From NCBI GenBank assembly GCA_002104905.1, contig MCFE01000502.1:1707-65706 (forward strand): a stretch of 64,000 nucleotides of DNA. Reading direction: 5' to 3'. Under the pieces are notes generated by a model that was not told the origin of the DNA, did no database searches, and was given only the letters and a program-made list of their open reading frames with translations. The translations under genes and the position numbers were made by a program. Source of the stretch: Basidiobolus meristosporus CBS 931.73 (Eukaryota > Fungi > Basidiobolomycota). Of this stretch, positions 11,973-25,024 are shown in pieces. Position 1 is the first letter of the stretch. Every line of letters begins with the position of its first letter.

Positions 11973-12359
11973 CTACAGGTGTCCTCCACAATAAGGGCAG
12001 AATTGAAACCCTTCATTTTCAACAACAAGGTCGCAATTTCGACAACGGGTGCCATGGTTCTCATGAAAAATGGGTACGTGCAAGGTCGGATCACTACTCA
12101 AGTCACGGTGTGACCAGCCGCAGCGCCCGCATAGGTACATAGGTTCTCCTCGAGATATTGAGAACAACGGTACGAAGAATAAAGATAGTTTATGGTCCAG
12201 TCGTGCTATGTTAACGGTATCTTGCGATAAACAAGCTGGGCAAGGCTTAGATACCGTCTTCACTAGCTGTCGTCTCAAAGATATGTCCCCTAAGAAAGAA
12301 GCTTAGTTACTACGGAAAGCCAGGCAACCTCTGTAGACCATACCGATGAAGAAAAACAT
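11973..12359 (-). CDS. Small double zinc-ribbon protein (zinc_ribbon_15-like), 2 exons
   Basis: Exon 1 MFFFIG splices in phase to DISLRRQLVKTVSKPCPAC...LFFVPLF...CGRCG...CRNC...FCPYCGGHL*. Four CxxC pairs. Confidence 0.85.
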
Positions 12360-12597
12360 GATTGATTAGAAGCTCAGGAAGCCAACGCAAGTTTCTAATA
12401 TGTTGGCACGACACCTCCGGTTTTTACAGAAAACCTCGGTACTATGATTGACCGGCAACGCAATCTCACTTCATTCCTAATTAGTGAAGTTTCGAATAAA
12501 TGATGAAACATTCATGAGTCACCCTCAACTGTAGTATTTAGGGGGATTGGTGGGCAAACCGAAAATACGATTTCCCTCGCTTCTTCCATTATCCAAA

Positions 12598-12828
12598 ATG
12601 TCGTTTTCTTCCAGTACCACAAATAGCACTGAAGTCTCTTACAAGACACCAATAGACCCCTTATCTGAGGATCATGGAGATACGATAAGAAGAACCGAAG
12701 AGGCTATAAAGAACTCCAAATCCATACCCAGCTCCGTAGAATCCAAGCAAGCGGAGCAAGAGTCCATACCAGACAGGAAGCTTCCCTCTTATATGTTCAA
12801 TCAACACATGGGTAGAAAAGGGAAATAA
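12598..12828 (+). CDS. Putative small hydrophilic protein (76 aa), unknown function
   Basis: aaaATG start context, S/E/K-rich natural-looking composition, and divergent arrangement ~240 bp from the zinc-ribbon gene. No homology recognised. Confidence 0.35.
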   Translation: MSFSSSTTNSTEVSYKTPIDPLSEDHGDTIRRTEEAIKNSKSIPSSVESKQAEQESIPDRKLPSYMFNQHMGRKGK

Positions 12829-13487
12829 TGGGAAAGAGCAACCCCTACCAGATATTAGCCAACTTATCATAATAAAAAAGTCAAGTCGGAAGCTGACATT
12901 CAATGTATTTGGATATAGAAGGCCAACCTTCGCATTTATTGCAAATAGGAGTTCTCTAGAAACTTCCCCCAAATTGACAGTGTCAAGTAAAATTTACCCT
13001 AGAAATACCGAATATGTATAGATCAACCATCTTTAACGCGAAAACTGGATCCATCCAAGAGCTACGTTGCGCTGCTAAACGAGTTGCTTTAGCGGCGAGA
13101 TCGTCAAAAGCATTACGTGCTTCGTGCTGTAATATAATTTTCGTATGGATCTCGGTTAAAGGTTTAATTCCCCAAGAATTCTTGGATTGAAGGTTGTGGG
13201 CCCTTTGGAACAGTGTAGATGCCAACAACGACTGATATCACCTTCGAAAAGTCACCAGCTGCGGATACACTTCATTAAATGGCACTGTATGTTGATTTTT
13301 TATTCTCGAAAAGCTATGTATGTCGGATGAAAATGCAATATTGATAGAAGTAGAAATGAGTTGCTTGAGAGATTCAGCCAGGGAAGTCATACGCATCAGA
13401 CATCCTGAGGTGGGAAATTGGCTGGTGGTGCACTAAATGAGGAGTGGGATGAATCAGTATACTTCCTTCCAAAACTCTTCATAAAAC

Positions 13488-13923
13488 TTACTCTCTCTCG
13501 GTCCAAACATCTAGCGAGCTCTTTTGACCCACCTTAAGAGCATCCTTTTCGGCCTTACGCTCGGAAAGCATTTTCTGCGGAATAAGTTAGGGACTAGGAT
13601 GCATGGAGCAAGTGGGGCGATCAATACCTTGGCTACTTCCTCAGACTTTGTCTTGACTTTAAAGCACAACTTCAAGTCTTTCCACTGCTCACTACAGTCC
13701 TTCTTGGTTCCATATCTATAGTAGTGTAAGGCCTGATGTCCTAGAGCTTTCGTGTAATTAACAAGGCACCTGGTGGTTAGAACGGTCTGAAAACAACAGA
13801 AATAGAATATTGCAACTAATTACTGTAGCAGTAGTAGAGCTTATCCCAACATTCCCCTACTTTACAATCCAATACCTCCTCCTCGGTCGACTTTTTGGTG
13901 ATGTCAATGTTTTCTGCACTCAT
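13488..13923 (-). CDS. EMI1/DUF3128 (C22orf39-like) protein, 3 exons
   Basis: Spliced product MSAENIDITKK...CWDKLYYCYTLGHQALHYYRYGTKKDCSEQWKDLKLCFKVKTKSEEVAKKMLSE...SSLDVWTERE*, with the family motifs YYRYG...C and SSxDVW. Confidence 0.85.
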
Positions 13924-14368
13924 GCTCCTTTGCTAAACTAAAAGACAGACCGAAATAGCTATCGCTGTAACAGTCAAAAAGTCAAAGCTTTTACTCAGAA
14001 TTATCAGCGGCCAAATATAGCCGAGTGGATCACAAAATTTCCGTCTGAATCCTGCTTAACCACCAGGCAAATTAGTTATGGTTGCTTAATTTAATCACCA
14101 AAGATGCGCAATGTAACTTACATACTATGGGCCGGATTTTGGCAGGTATCGCTAGAAACAGGGGCCTTCTGGAATGGATACATTACCTGTCGGTTTGTTA
14201 TTAGGTGCTGGTCATGATGGTATATGCATCCTTCGCGAAACTTCTAGGTCCTGGTAAATATGGTGGAACTAGGACTAATGATTCCGAAACCAATGATTCC
14301 CCGTAAATATCTTGTTCAAGAAAAATTAATTTATTAATGTATTTAGATTATTCAAGCACCTGGCTAAT

Positions 14369-14972
14369 TCACATAAGCAAGAATGAAGTGACAACACCGA
14401 CGAAACCTACAACGCCGGCACCTGCTCTGAATGCGCCATTCTTCTTTTCGTTAGTATCGGAGCCACTTGAGCCGTTGGAGGAAGAAGCACCAGCGCTTGG
14501 GGCGGAAGTGGGCTTAGGGGTGGTTGGTGCGTTGGTGTAGTTGGTCATGGCAGGGAGAGAAGGGTTGTCAATGGTGAAGTAATGGCTGTACTTAGCATTT
14601 TCACCCTCGCCAAAACGAATAACATATTGGGATCCAGGTCTGGTAGTTCCGGGAATGAACCAATTGTAGGAAGGAGGGTTGGAGGGGACGCTAGCACTAA
14701 TGGCAGCGACTTGCTCAAGACGATTCTGAGGGCCATACATAAGAGAAATGCTGAAGGAAGCTGGGGCTGGGTTACTACCGGTATCAGTCCTTTGCAAAGG
14801 TTATCAGCAAAATTATCGAAAGTAGATGTAGCAAGTAGTATACTAACCAGGTAATAGCGTTTTGAGTGCCTGCACGCCAGATCTCATCCACAGGATGAGT
14901 TACACTAAGGTCAGCATTGGCAAGGTTGAAAGCCAGAGCAGCGCCAAGGAAGATTTGAACAAAGCGGTTCAT
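14369..14972 (-). CDS. GPI-anchored Ser/Thr-rich cell-surface protein (Kre9/Knh1-like Ig-fold N-terminus), 2 exons
   Basis: Signal peptide MNRFVQIFLGAALAFNLANA, 'ITW..D' Ig-like domain ending YSHYFTI, S/T/P-rich stalk, omega-site-like NGA and hydrophobic C-terminal tail. Confidence 0.85.
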
Positions 14973-16587
14973 ACTAAATGATGATTACAAGTGATATCCA
15001 TCAGGAAATACCACCAATATATACAACTTTCAACCCCAATAACTATTCTTTTCTCCATAGCACTTTCACATTCAATCTTCTAGGTTCCACAAACGCATGA
15101 AGCCACTATTGAAAGCATCGATCATCTTATCATAACTCTTTACTGGAACCGCATGAAGGCGAGAATATTGCCAATTGCCCAATTGACTTTTTTGCTTTTC
15201 CAAACTCAAATGAGCAACCTTTGTGCTACGTACGACAAAACTCTCGGGAGCTGTTTGGTTGGAATGGCAGACATAATATAACTATGTAACACGGATGGGA
15301 TCTTTGTAGATTGGCCGAATTCATTGGTCAGATTCAGGAGATAGAATATACAAGATGGATATCGAATTTCCAGAATTACAATCAACACTAAGAAGATGCA
15401 CATCATATCCAGGTTCTGGAAAGCATCATCTTTTTTATCCAACATGTTAGGCGGATGTCCCATATTTTCCAATTTAACCCATGGCGGCGAGGACGGTTCG
15501 GTGTCCGATTCTGGAAATAAAGCTGGGCAATGTGATGCATATGGCCCTAAGCAAAACACCAGGAACGTTCTCGTTGGCATCATTTGTTACTGATTGAGGG
15601 TGGATCGGCGAAAAGATTTGTTGTAAACAAAGCATAGTTCAGGTTGAGTTTTACACCATTTATTAAGTGCTACTGTGTTCTGTCTCTGCATTGATAGAAA
15701 CACTATAGCACATTTCTGCAAAACTATACGGCCGCCTGGTTAACAATTCAAGCCAGCTGATCACCTTGTTTAAGACTAATAAGACTTGCAAACAGGTTGC
15801 TCACTGTGTTCTCTATTCCACACCTGGCGCTGAACTGTAAATTTACAACGGAGCTGGCGTATTGAAGGCCTGATCATAGTCGAGCTACCAGAAGTGCGGC
15901 CACAAATGGGTTACACCTAATAGAAAAAAGCAACATTTGCAGCGATTTGTTTCTGGTTAACAAATACAAACATGATCACGTTGACTTTCTATGACATGAG
16001 GCTACCGGGCTACCTCGAGCCCCTAATTTCATTGGCCCGCATCCCCAGTCCTGCTCCTGGGTTGGTCGAAATATTCCTATAGATGACCACTCTGTAACAT
16101 GAGTGGATGAGTCGCAGGATTAGGCAATTTGGATCGTACTTCGAATGGGTGTGCTGGCAATACTATTGTGGGTGGGACAGTTACTCGACTGGTTTGACTA
16201 TTTCTCGCACATGAAAATGAGTGAATATTCAGCCTAGTGGTAAACACAAGTTAGAATAGCTAAGAAGTATGTAGTTAATTTCGGAGATGTTCCAGTTGTA
16301 GCAAACATGTAATTGGAAATGTGTGTATCTCATCCTGATTATGTGAAACCTCTTTTAGTAGTCGGTTGTTCGGTATTCTACAGGAAGTGTCATACAGATG
16401 GTGCAAGAATGAGAGGAGTGGGATAGCGTGGGGATTTTACATAGAGTACTTTTTAACGATTTGCCAGTTTGAGAATGTGCCATGTTTGGAAACTTCGAGT
16501 CCCGGAATTCACCTCACGAGCGCCATTTAACAACACCGGAAACGGCTCAGTTGGTAAGTTAGAGGCCTCTTCTTTCGGAGATCGAGA

Positions 16588-19500
16588 CTACAAAGAATCT
16601 ACCAAATCCAGAGGTTTCGAATTACTCATACCGGATACAACACGTGTGATCTTTACGGGTTCTGTGATATGTGCTTCTTCCGTTCGCTTGGCCAGTTTCC
16701 GTACATTCTCCTCGGCTTCCCTATTTTCCGGCTTGCAGTTTTCATCCACTTGGCAAATCGTATATTGCTGTAGACTCCTGCTGGGTATTGCTTTGCTGAG
16801 GCATTTCCCATTGCTCTCAGTGTTTGGACCATGGTGAGTTCTGTTGTCAATTGGGGATGGATCCGACAACGGGATTTCTATGCTGGGAAGTATAGACTGA
16901 GATAGCGTAGATTGAATCTCGGGATCATCGTCGCTGCTAAATCGTTTGAGTAGGCCCCCCAACTGTTCTTGAAATTTAGGTGAGCACTCCTGTTCATTTT
17001 CTATTTAGGGATAATTAGTGACACATTCGAAAGCACAGCAATCGCAGGTATCTACCGTGAAATGCATTGATCAATGTTTCGGTGGCCTGGATGACCAAAA
17101 GCCTGACATTGGCTACTTTATCACTGGAAAGCTGGCTAAAAACAGGCATCAGGACCTCGCCAAAGATGCTGATGGCAATCTGGCTAGTCTGTAATAGCTC
17201 TCGACAGATTTGGACAAATCTATTAACCACAGAAAAGAGTTAGTATGCGTTTTCTCGCTCGTATTGCCACTATACATACATCATCCGTTTACGGAACGAG
17301 GCGGAAAGTCCAAATTGCAGAATCGTCTCGAAGATTTGCGACGACAGATCGGGGTCTTTCTTGGTTTGTCCGTAAATAATGGGTATCTTGAGACAGAATT
17401 AGTCGTATAATTGGACTGGTATATAACATACAAACATACAGCAGATACAGCAGTTTCCCTAACGCGAAAGACGGGATCGTTCAAGCACTTGATGGCAATT
17501 GGTAGAACGTCGTTGACAATAGTGGTCGCAGAAAATAATTCGCATAGGGGAGGAATCTGTCTATTTGTGGTATTGTTAATGTGACTTCAGAGAGGATTCA
17601 CTTTAGAAGACATACTGTGCAACAAGTTCACGAACTCTCCAATTTTTCGAGTCCGCTTCCCAGATATCTTCCAATACCGGTAAATACATCTCCCGTGTAG
17701 GAAGACTCAGACATCCCAAGAAGGTTGCGGCATTCTGTAGAACTCCTACTCTTACCTACATTAAAGGATTTCTTTAGTGGATGTTATGTTGTAACTCTCG
17801 AGTACGTATCGTACTTACTTCGTCGGCATCCATCATAAAAAAGCCAAACAGAGGGGCCAGTTGTTTGTCACAGGCTTCAACATTCTCCCTCAATAATTTG
17901 GCAATTTCGTGGAGTGAATAAGCAAGCGTCCGTCGTACACTCATCTTTAGTAGATTACTATCCATAAGCATAGATAAAAGGGTTGGTAGGCTTACTTGCG
18001 TATCTCTACATAAATTTGAATAATCATTGGCAAACTCGGGCCATCGATGAGGGCCCAGCGCCAAGAGTACCGCTGTTCACCAGTGAAATGTCAATCGAGG
18101 CGGTAAATCATAAATATGGTTGGAGAAAGCTGAGTACCAGGGAAGTTGAAGGCGCATCTAAGCGTTCTATCAGGGTCGCGCATAGAGCTCTTATTCGGAA
18201 ACAAAGATATGTACTTTTCGATGAGATCATCCGGGACGTCACCGCCCGCGAACGCGGCAACCATCCTCCCCAAACCATCTTCAACGCACGTTTGTACCCA
18301 TCGGCTTACATCACTAATCATAGCCTTGAATATTGGCAAACATATCTCCAGCTGTGCGGACGCTGGGACAGAGGCGCATATTTCCGGTAGTACTAGTGCA
18401 CAGGATTTCCTTACCTGCCATATGTCGTCGTTTGCTAAATGTTCGAATTGTAACAACTAGCTTCTCATTAATAAAATGAAGGGGGTGTTGGATGAGGCAT
18501 CTGAATGGCAATACCAGGTCATCAACGGCATGCTGGCTAGAGACCACTTTAATGACAGAGTTAATTGCCACCGGAACTTCCTATAGGCGAGAATGTTTAC
18601 TTGATGGAACCAGATTCAGCAGTCCAAATAATGTGCCTACTTTGCGAACATTGAATGTAGGATCACTGGCCATTTGAACCAGTAGAGGGACGAATATATC
18701 AACAACAGAGTCAAGATCCGAGAATTCAGCTAGCGTTGCCATCATCTGCAACGAGGCAGTTCAGTCGCATGAGTTTCAAGCCATACAAATTTCGAGCATA
18801 CCTTGATCATGGTAACTTTTCCTTGATCCCTTTCCTCCGGTCGTAAACAACCCTCTCCATTTCCAAGCGGAACCACAACTCCGTGGATAATTTCTTGCTC
18901 CACGATTTTGTTGTCCAACTGCTTTACGAGAGAGACGATGCAATTTTGAGCAGCATTCGAGATGGTATTGTTCCATTCCAATATCAAGGTGCGTAGAAGA
19001 TGTGAGAAAGCATTCGGCATCAATTTATCAGGTTCTTCGGAGTCATTGGCTGGGCGGGTCTAGTTAGGGAGATGGTGTACTTTAGTAAAACATGAGATTG
19101 TCAGTGGGCTTGCTATGTATAGCTCACCTTGTATAAATATAGCAAGATCCTATCAAAATTCTCGGCAAAGTTTTCGCGAACTCTATCCTCTACAAAGTTC
19201 GACTATGCGGTCACTAAAGGTTGGTATATTAACTTCAACCGGATCTAAATACATACCGTCGTCGCTTCCGAGCTCGTATAAAAGAGGTATGATGTATTCC
19301 CTTACCTTCGAGAGCTCTATCTCAGGAATCAATTCCGGAAGTTGTTTGGCTACCCAAATGCTTAATTTTTATGAGCTTAAGTCGGGGGAGGTCAAAATAC
19401 CACTATTTACCGATGAGCAGTCACGTCGCTTTTCGAATATAAGAACACTTTTTCAAGAGGGGAGTATTTCGGTTCATAATCACTGGATTCTTCTTCAGAA

Positions 19501-19730
19501 ACTACAAGGAGGTTTTGAGTTATTATTGTCAATTGAAGTTGCCTGAAGGTAGAACTGATTGATAGCAAAGCCAAGGTTGACTCACCCCCTGGGGACTCAA
19601 GTGGCTCAGTAAGCATTTCGGAATCGAAAGGTTGACCCAGAATACCGTAAGTCAAATCGAGATCTAAAGCCAAGTTTTCAGATGTAGAACAAGTTCTTGA
19701 GTCGCAAATTTGCAGCCTCTCACCTGCCAT
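16588..19730 (-). CDS. PPP4R1: Serine/threonine phosphatase 4 regulatory subunit 1-like HEAT-repeat protein, many exons
   Basis: Starts MAD|LDL. HEAT motifs LANDDIWQVRKSCA, LGPHRWPEF...VRRTLAYSLHEIAKLL, DPVFRVRE and SSDKVANVRL match the PP4R1 pattern. Confidence 0.82.
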
Positions 19731-21571
19731 ATCTTGCACAGGTTATTAAGGGAGGAATATTCACAACGATAGCAGGAAACGTTGTTGACTGAAGCGGAGC
19801 TCCGTACTAAAGGATGTCGTTTAGATGTATGTGCTGAGTTAGCCATTAACAAATAGATCTACTTTATTCTATCCAAAACCAATGACTAGCTAAAGTAATA
19901 TTAGTCAGATTTCACAAGGAATCTAGTTGAATTACTTCATTGTATCGTCAACCGTTTGATGTGGGCTGTTATCTCACGTAACAATTAAAAGAATGATACC
20001 TTTGGTGTATAATTGATACATATTTAGTAAACGCATGGATATTTTGAGTGGAGATTCCCATATTTCAGAAGTTGGCATCAATCGCATTGGAGCTACTTCC
20101 CGAACTCCCGTAATTCTCGTAATTGTAGTGCAGCACTTGGTCATGTTTAGAGCATTTGACAATATGATTACCAGGTTGATTTTCCCTTCATTTACGATTT
20201 CCCCGAAAAGAGGTGCCTTGAATTCCTTGGACTCTCCTGACAAAATCTCCGAAATATTGCTGCATATGATGCCATTTTCTTTTGTGAATTAGAGAATATA
20301 ATAACCACCGCGTATAATGCACTAATCAGTGTGCCAGTACAACTGAAAGCAATACAGTAGTGCCAACAAACTACGGTCTATATGTACTTTGTTTGCAAGC
20401 TGGATAATACTCAATCAAGGTATCTGGCTACTTGTAAATAATCAGTTGGTAATATGGTATGTATTATGGAGCTTCGCTGGATAATATGACAATATAGGCT
20501 CCAAATAGTAAAAGATACAGCAGCACATGTAATGCTCCCTTAACCCCACACTATTCTTCGAATTCCTGCAATATACCTACATCGACCTGAGTATAAGTGG
20601 TTGCTTTTAATGACTGATATACATATCAAGTCCGCACACGACGTGCATTTCACCAGAGTAGCCATGAGGCCAGTTGAAGGGTATCTCTTCATGTATGCTC
20701 GTGTAGGCTGGCTATAGAATCTCGAAGCGCACATTTGGTCACATATATTGGGAAACACCTTATTCCATGAATATTTTCCTGCACGTTGCACCCAATCTAG
20801 CGTCAATCCAGGTCAAACGGTCAGTTGTATCTTCTGATTGGAGGCTGGATCCAACCAGGGATTTCCCACACCCATACTCTAGGTTCAGGTTCCATCCTAA
20901 AACGACGATGCCATCTGGAAGTGGTGTGGGGCATGCTCATTCAACTGGATGTCGCTTCTATACTATCTCTCACTTGATGCTTAACTGGTAACTTAAGTTG
21001 GCAGGTCCGTTCAAAACCACATATCACTGGACGTGGTCATATGGTAGCCCAATAAACCTCGACAGCACTGGGCGTGGCTCAATTGCCCGTTGTTGCTTAT
21101 CAAACTTGAGCATGTACCATGTACAACCTATGTACTCCAATCAATGCTTGTATTCACATGATGATTTCTGCTCTACGGCCTATATCCATTCATCCCATCT
21201 GCCGGTCCTACGCTCGCTACCTTTAACGTAGTTAGCCATTCCAAAATAGGCTACCTCTCACTGACAGCCGTCAACCAACATCGTCTTAGCTATTGTTCAC
21301 GCAGTGCCCGTTTGAAAATTTATCAACATTGTAGTCACAATTTCGAGCACCGATCCTTCCTTTCGCCAGTAAACCACGATTTAACGAAATTCGCACGTTT
21401 CGTAAAGAGAAAATTCAAGCAGTAGGGTTGCTCAAATATTGATCTTCGCATGTTTGTCTATTTAAGAATCGTATGCACCAAACGAACCATTGGGTTCAAA
21501 AGATATAAAAGACCATGCAAGCGGTGACCTATAACGCACTACAGCATCTGATCTGTTAAATACTCCCGAAA

Positions 21572-22489
21572 ATGAGACTCGCAAGTTTTTTGGCTTTCAG
21601 TACCGTTGCTTCGTTGGCGATCGTATTCGCCCAGGATTCCTGTCCCGTTGATGGTATCTCTTGCGCAGCTCCGGATGCTGATTCATGTTGCGTCCCTACC
21701 TATGGAAAGATTGTTCTTACTCAACAGGTACGCATCATCACCCATCAATCCGGAAAAGGTTCTATTAACCTTTCTTTCATATAGTGGATTCCAGGATATG
21801 GTCCAGATGATGCCTTCACCATTCATGGGCTTTGGCCAAATACTTGGTAGGGTCGAAATCATCGGCAGTGCATTTAAGAAGCAGGTGCTGATGTCTATTT
21901 TGTAGCTCTGGTGGGCAGGGTCCTTCCAATGGCTGCGATCCATCAAGAGCGTACTCCGACATTGGTGAGATTATACAAAATGCTAACAGTAGCTTGTATG
22001 ACCAAATGGACACTTATTGGCCTTCATACAAAGGCAATAACCCTGAATTTTGGTGAGCTATCCACCAATACCTCTGACTACAGGGGATTATTCTCATGTC
22101 CTCTCATCTTTTATACCTCTAGGGAGCATGAATGGGAAAAGCATGGAACCTGCGTTTCAACCTTGGATCCAGACTGCTATGGCTCTGACTATCAGGAATA
22201 TGAAGACATGCTAGACTACTTCCAAAGTGTATTGAATCTTCGTGCAAAATATGATTTGTATGCGGCTCTGGCCAGTGCTGGAATCACTCCCGGAGGAACA
22301 TACACCCAAACGAGAATGGCCAACGCCATTAAGAGTAGATTAGGTATTACTCCATATTTCAAGTGCAAATCTGGAACGCTGAATGAGATTTGGGCGTATT
22401 TCCACGTCAAGGGTAAGGAGACATATATACCTGATAACTTCAAAGGCAGTCACTCTTGCAGCAACAGTATCAAATACCCATCGAAATAA
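21572..22489 (+). CDS. Secreted ribonuclease T2 family enzyme, 5 exons
   Basis: Signal peptide, [12 protein letters not shown] and [17 protein letters not shown] reconstructed across introns. Fungal Cys pattern SCP...SC...DSCCVP. Confidence 0.95.
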
Positions 22490-23949
22490 GTGAACCATTC
22501 CTACGCATCATTTATAGCAATAAAAACATTTATGCAGTTCGTAACTTTGGGAATGCTTCATTTTGGGAGATAAATCAAACGTTCAAGTGAACGACACCAA
22601 GCTCTGCCCTCCAGAACATGAGCTTAAATATATGGCTGCTCCATAGGCGGTTTCCCCTGTGCGCAATCTAGAATAATTAGAAAGTTGTAAATATGTTTCC
22701 ACTAGCATTGGAATATTCAAGGGAGCGAGCGCCATGTTGAAATATCGTAGTTGGTACTATAAAGGGAGCATATGTCAATCACGATTTATTGCCTTACATG
22801 TCATCCCTATACAACCGCCGATAGAAATTCCATGTTGAATATCATTTTAAAGAGGCTGTATTTGAAAGAATTTTATTAATACAGGTTTAATGCACCTACT
22901 TGGATTCCGCGTATGTATATTAATATTGTATGGATCATCTACTACATATGTCTCCAATTGAGGTGGCTACGTGCTATGTTCCACTCGTAATGCGCGGAGG
23001 TCGAATGATAATTAGCATGCTCAACTTTAAGGCAGTCTTGCCTCCATACCCTCCATACGTTATGTCATATAAAAACTATAAAAACATGCAGATATATATC
23101 TAAGTTCAGCAATATGAGCAACACTACCCAATTTGCAGGGTCCATATTTGTTCGAACCCCTATGCTAATCCCATAGAAGCCTAGCTGCCTATAGCTTTGA
23201 AGAGTTCTTAGAAAGGGAGAAAATGAATAGCATTTATAACTTCCTGGAATATGGGAATATAGAATGCAAACATTGTGTAGGTGCGTTGATACGCGTATAT
23301 TGTATCCTCGAGTTTGATCGTGGTGCTGCACCTTGAAATTGTTTAGAATTTCCAAAAGTGTTTCGAAGATTCATTAGAAAATAGAGTCATGCTTCGCTGC
23401 CAGTACAATTAGTCGACGGAATCACGGAAATTGATCTGTTTACCATGCAGAATCGCATATGCAACACCCGTCATGAACAAAGCATGATACAATATGCTTG
23501 ACCCATGTACAGAAACACTTTCAATCACTCTATTGCTTGTTTTGTCCCCCTCCCCGGACTGGCCCCTACTGGGTCTACCTCGATGCCATGATGACATAAC
23601 TGTGTGGGGGTGATATACTATTAATTATCAAATTATATTTGTTTCCAATTAATGGTCGACGGGACTGAGGGGATCTGGTTCATCAAAATCAATCAATTGA
23701 TAGATATAACGCTTACTAGACTGCGACCGATTCAGATCAAGCCAGCACCTCATCAAATGAAATGCTCTAACCGCCAACCTGACTCGGGGAGCATGAGGTC
23801 CATACGTGCCTAAATACCACCACCGTTTTCCTGCTGACAGCCCTCTAGATTTGCTTGAGCACGAACCTGGGTCGACTTATCGGGAAATCAGCTAATTAAT
23901 GCTGAATAGAAATTCCATTTTGGGCATATATTCCCTGACATGCATGCCG

Positions 23950-24710
23950 ATTTCTTATTGTTCCAGTATCACCACGTCGCTGAAGTTCGCTGGATGTGTA
24001 TTTTGTACCTGTGTATTGTGTGGATCCAAAGGCCATTGTACCCCCTGAGCCATGAAGTTTTGGGAGTTTCTGTTCACCGTGAAATGAGATTTCGGGTTCT
24101 TTTCCAGTTCGAGCCTCGATTTAGCGAGAGCGCGTCCATGTGCTGCAATTCGGGATCTAACATGAGTAATGGACGGCTCCATGTCCAATAGTACCCCTGA
24201 CACTTGCGTCATTCTTCTTCACACAGATTCGGTTTAGTCTGCTTAAGGGTAAATAGGAGTGATCGGAGCTGACTCCGGATGAGGCCAGGGATCGAAATCT
24301 CAATTCGCTTCCGCCTCTCTGACACCAATAATTCATGATAATTGGTCTCATAAATGTTTCAATATCTTATCTCTCCCCAGGAGATAATCGGTAGCAAGAA
24401 CCTGATGCCAATTTGCGTGTTCTCATGAACAACTGGCCGTAGGGAAAGTCATGGTAGCCGCATTTGGCCAGTTTCCGTCCATACGATAAATGTTGCTATA
24501 TTTCGAACTTCGTGTTGATGGAGTAAGCCCGTCAATCTGGCTCTGGATGCATGAAGAACTAACCAGTAGTCTAGCCTGTTGAGCTCCATCCTCACTGCCT
24601 GATCCTTGGTAGGTGGTTGGGTCACTAAGGTGAATCTGGCATTGTCACTCTACAGACGGTTGGATCAATGTTTCTCCAACTGACGGAATTAGGATTCTTG
24701 ATGCTTCATT
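23950..24710 (-). pseudogene. Decayed gene remnant, family not identified
   Basis: Protein-like frames with stops, frameshifts and an apparent GT-AG intron: ...YGRKLAKCGYHDFPYGQLFMRTRKL / NIYETNYHELLVSERRKRIEISIPGLIRSQLRSLLFTLKQTKPNLCEEE*RKCQGYYWTWSRPLL... Confidence 0.3.
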
Positions 24711-25024
24711 ATCTACAATTGGATTCTCAGTCAAAATTGACTGTCCCAAACCAGACATTATTATTTGGGCTATATACAGCGAGTGAATCTAAAACCTATT
24801 TTATTCAACTATCTCTCATATTCCCCCAAACTGAAGAATAGTGTGACCTTTATTCACTTGATTTGCCTTTTTTTTATACTCCACACGACAGTTAGCAGCC
24901 TGTTGATATTGATATTCTTGTCCAGAACCCTTTCACTTCAGTGAGTGGCCTCCACTCTCATCCTTACTCTCCTACCACTTTCTTCCAGGTATCCTAGTTT
25001 TTTACGTTCCTATTCATTCCGTCA

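Noticed and set aside
24170-24215. VRGTIGH, resembling a plant receptor-kinase activation segment
   Set aside because: It is not followed by APEY and there are no flanking kinase subdomains, so it is likely chance.
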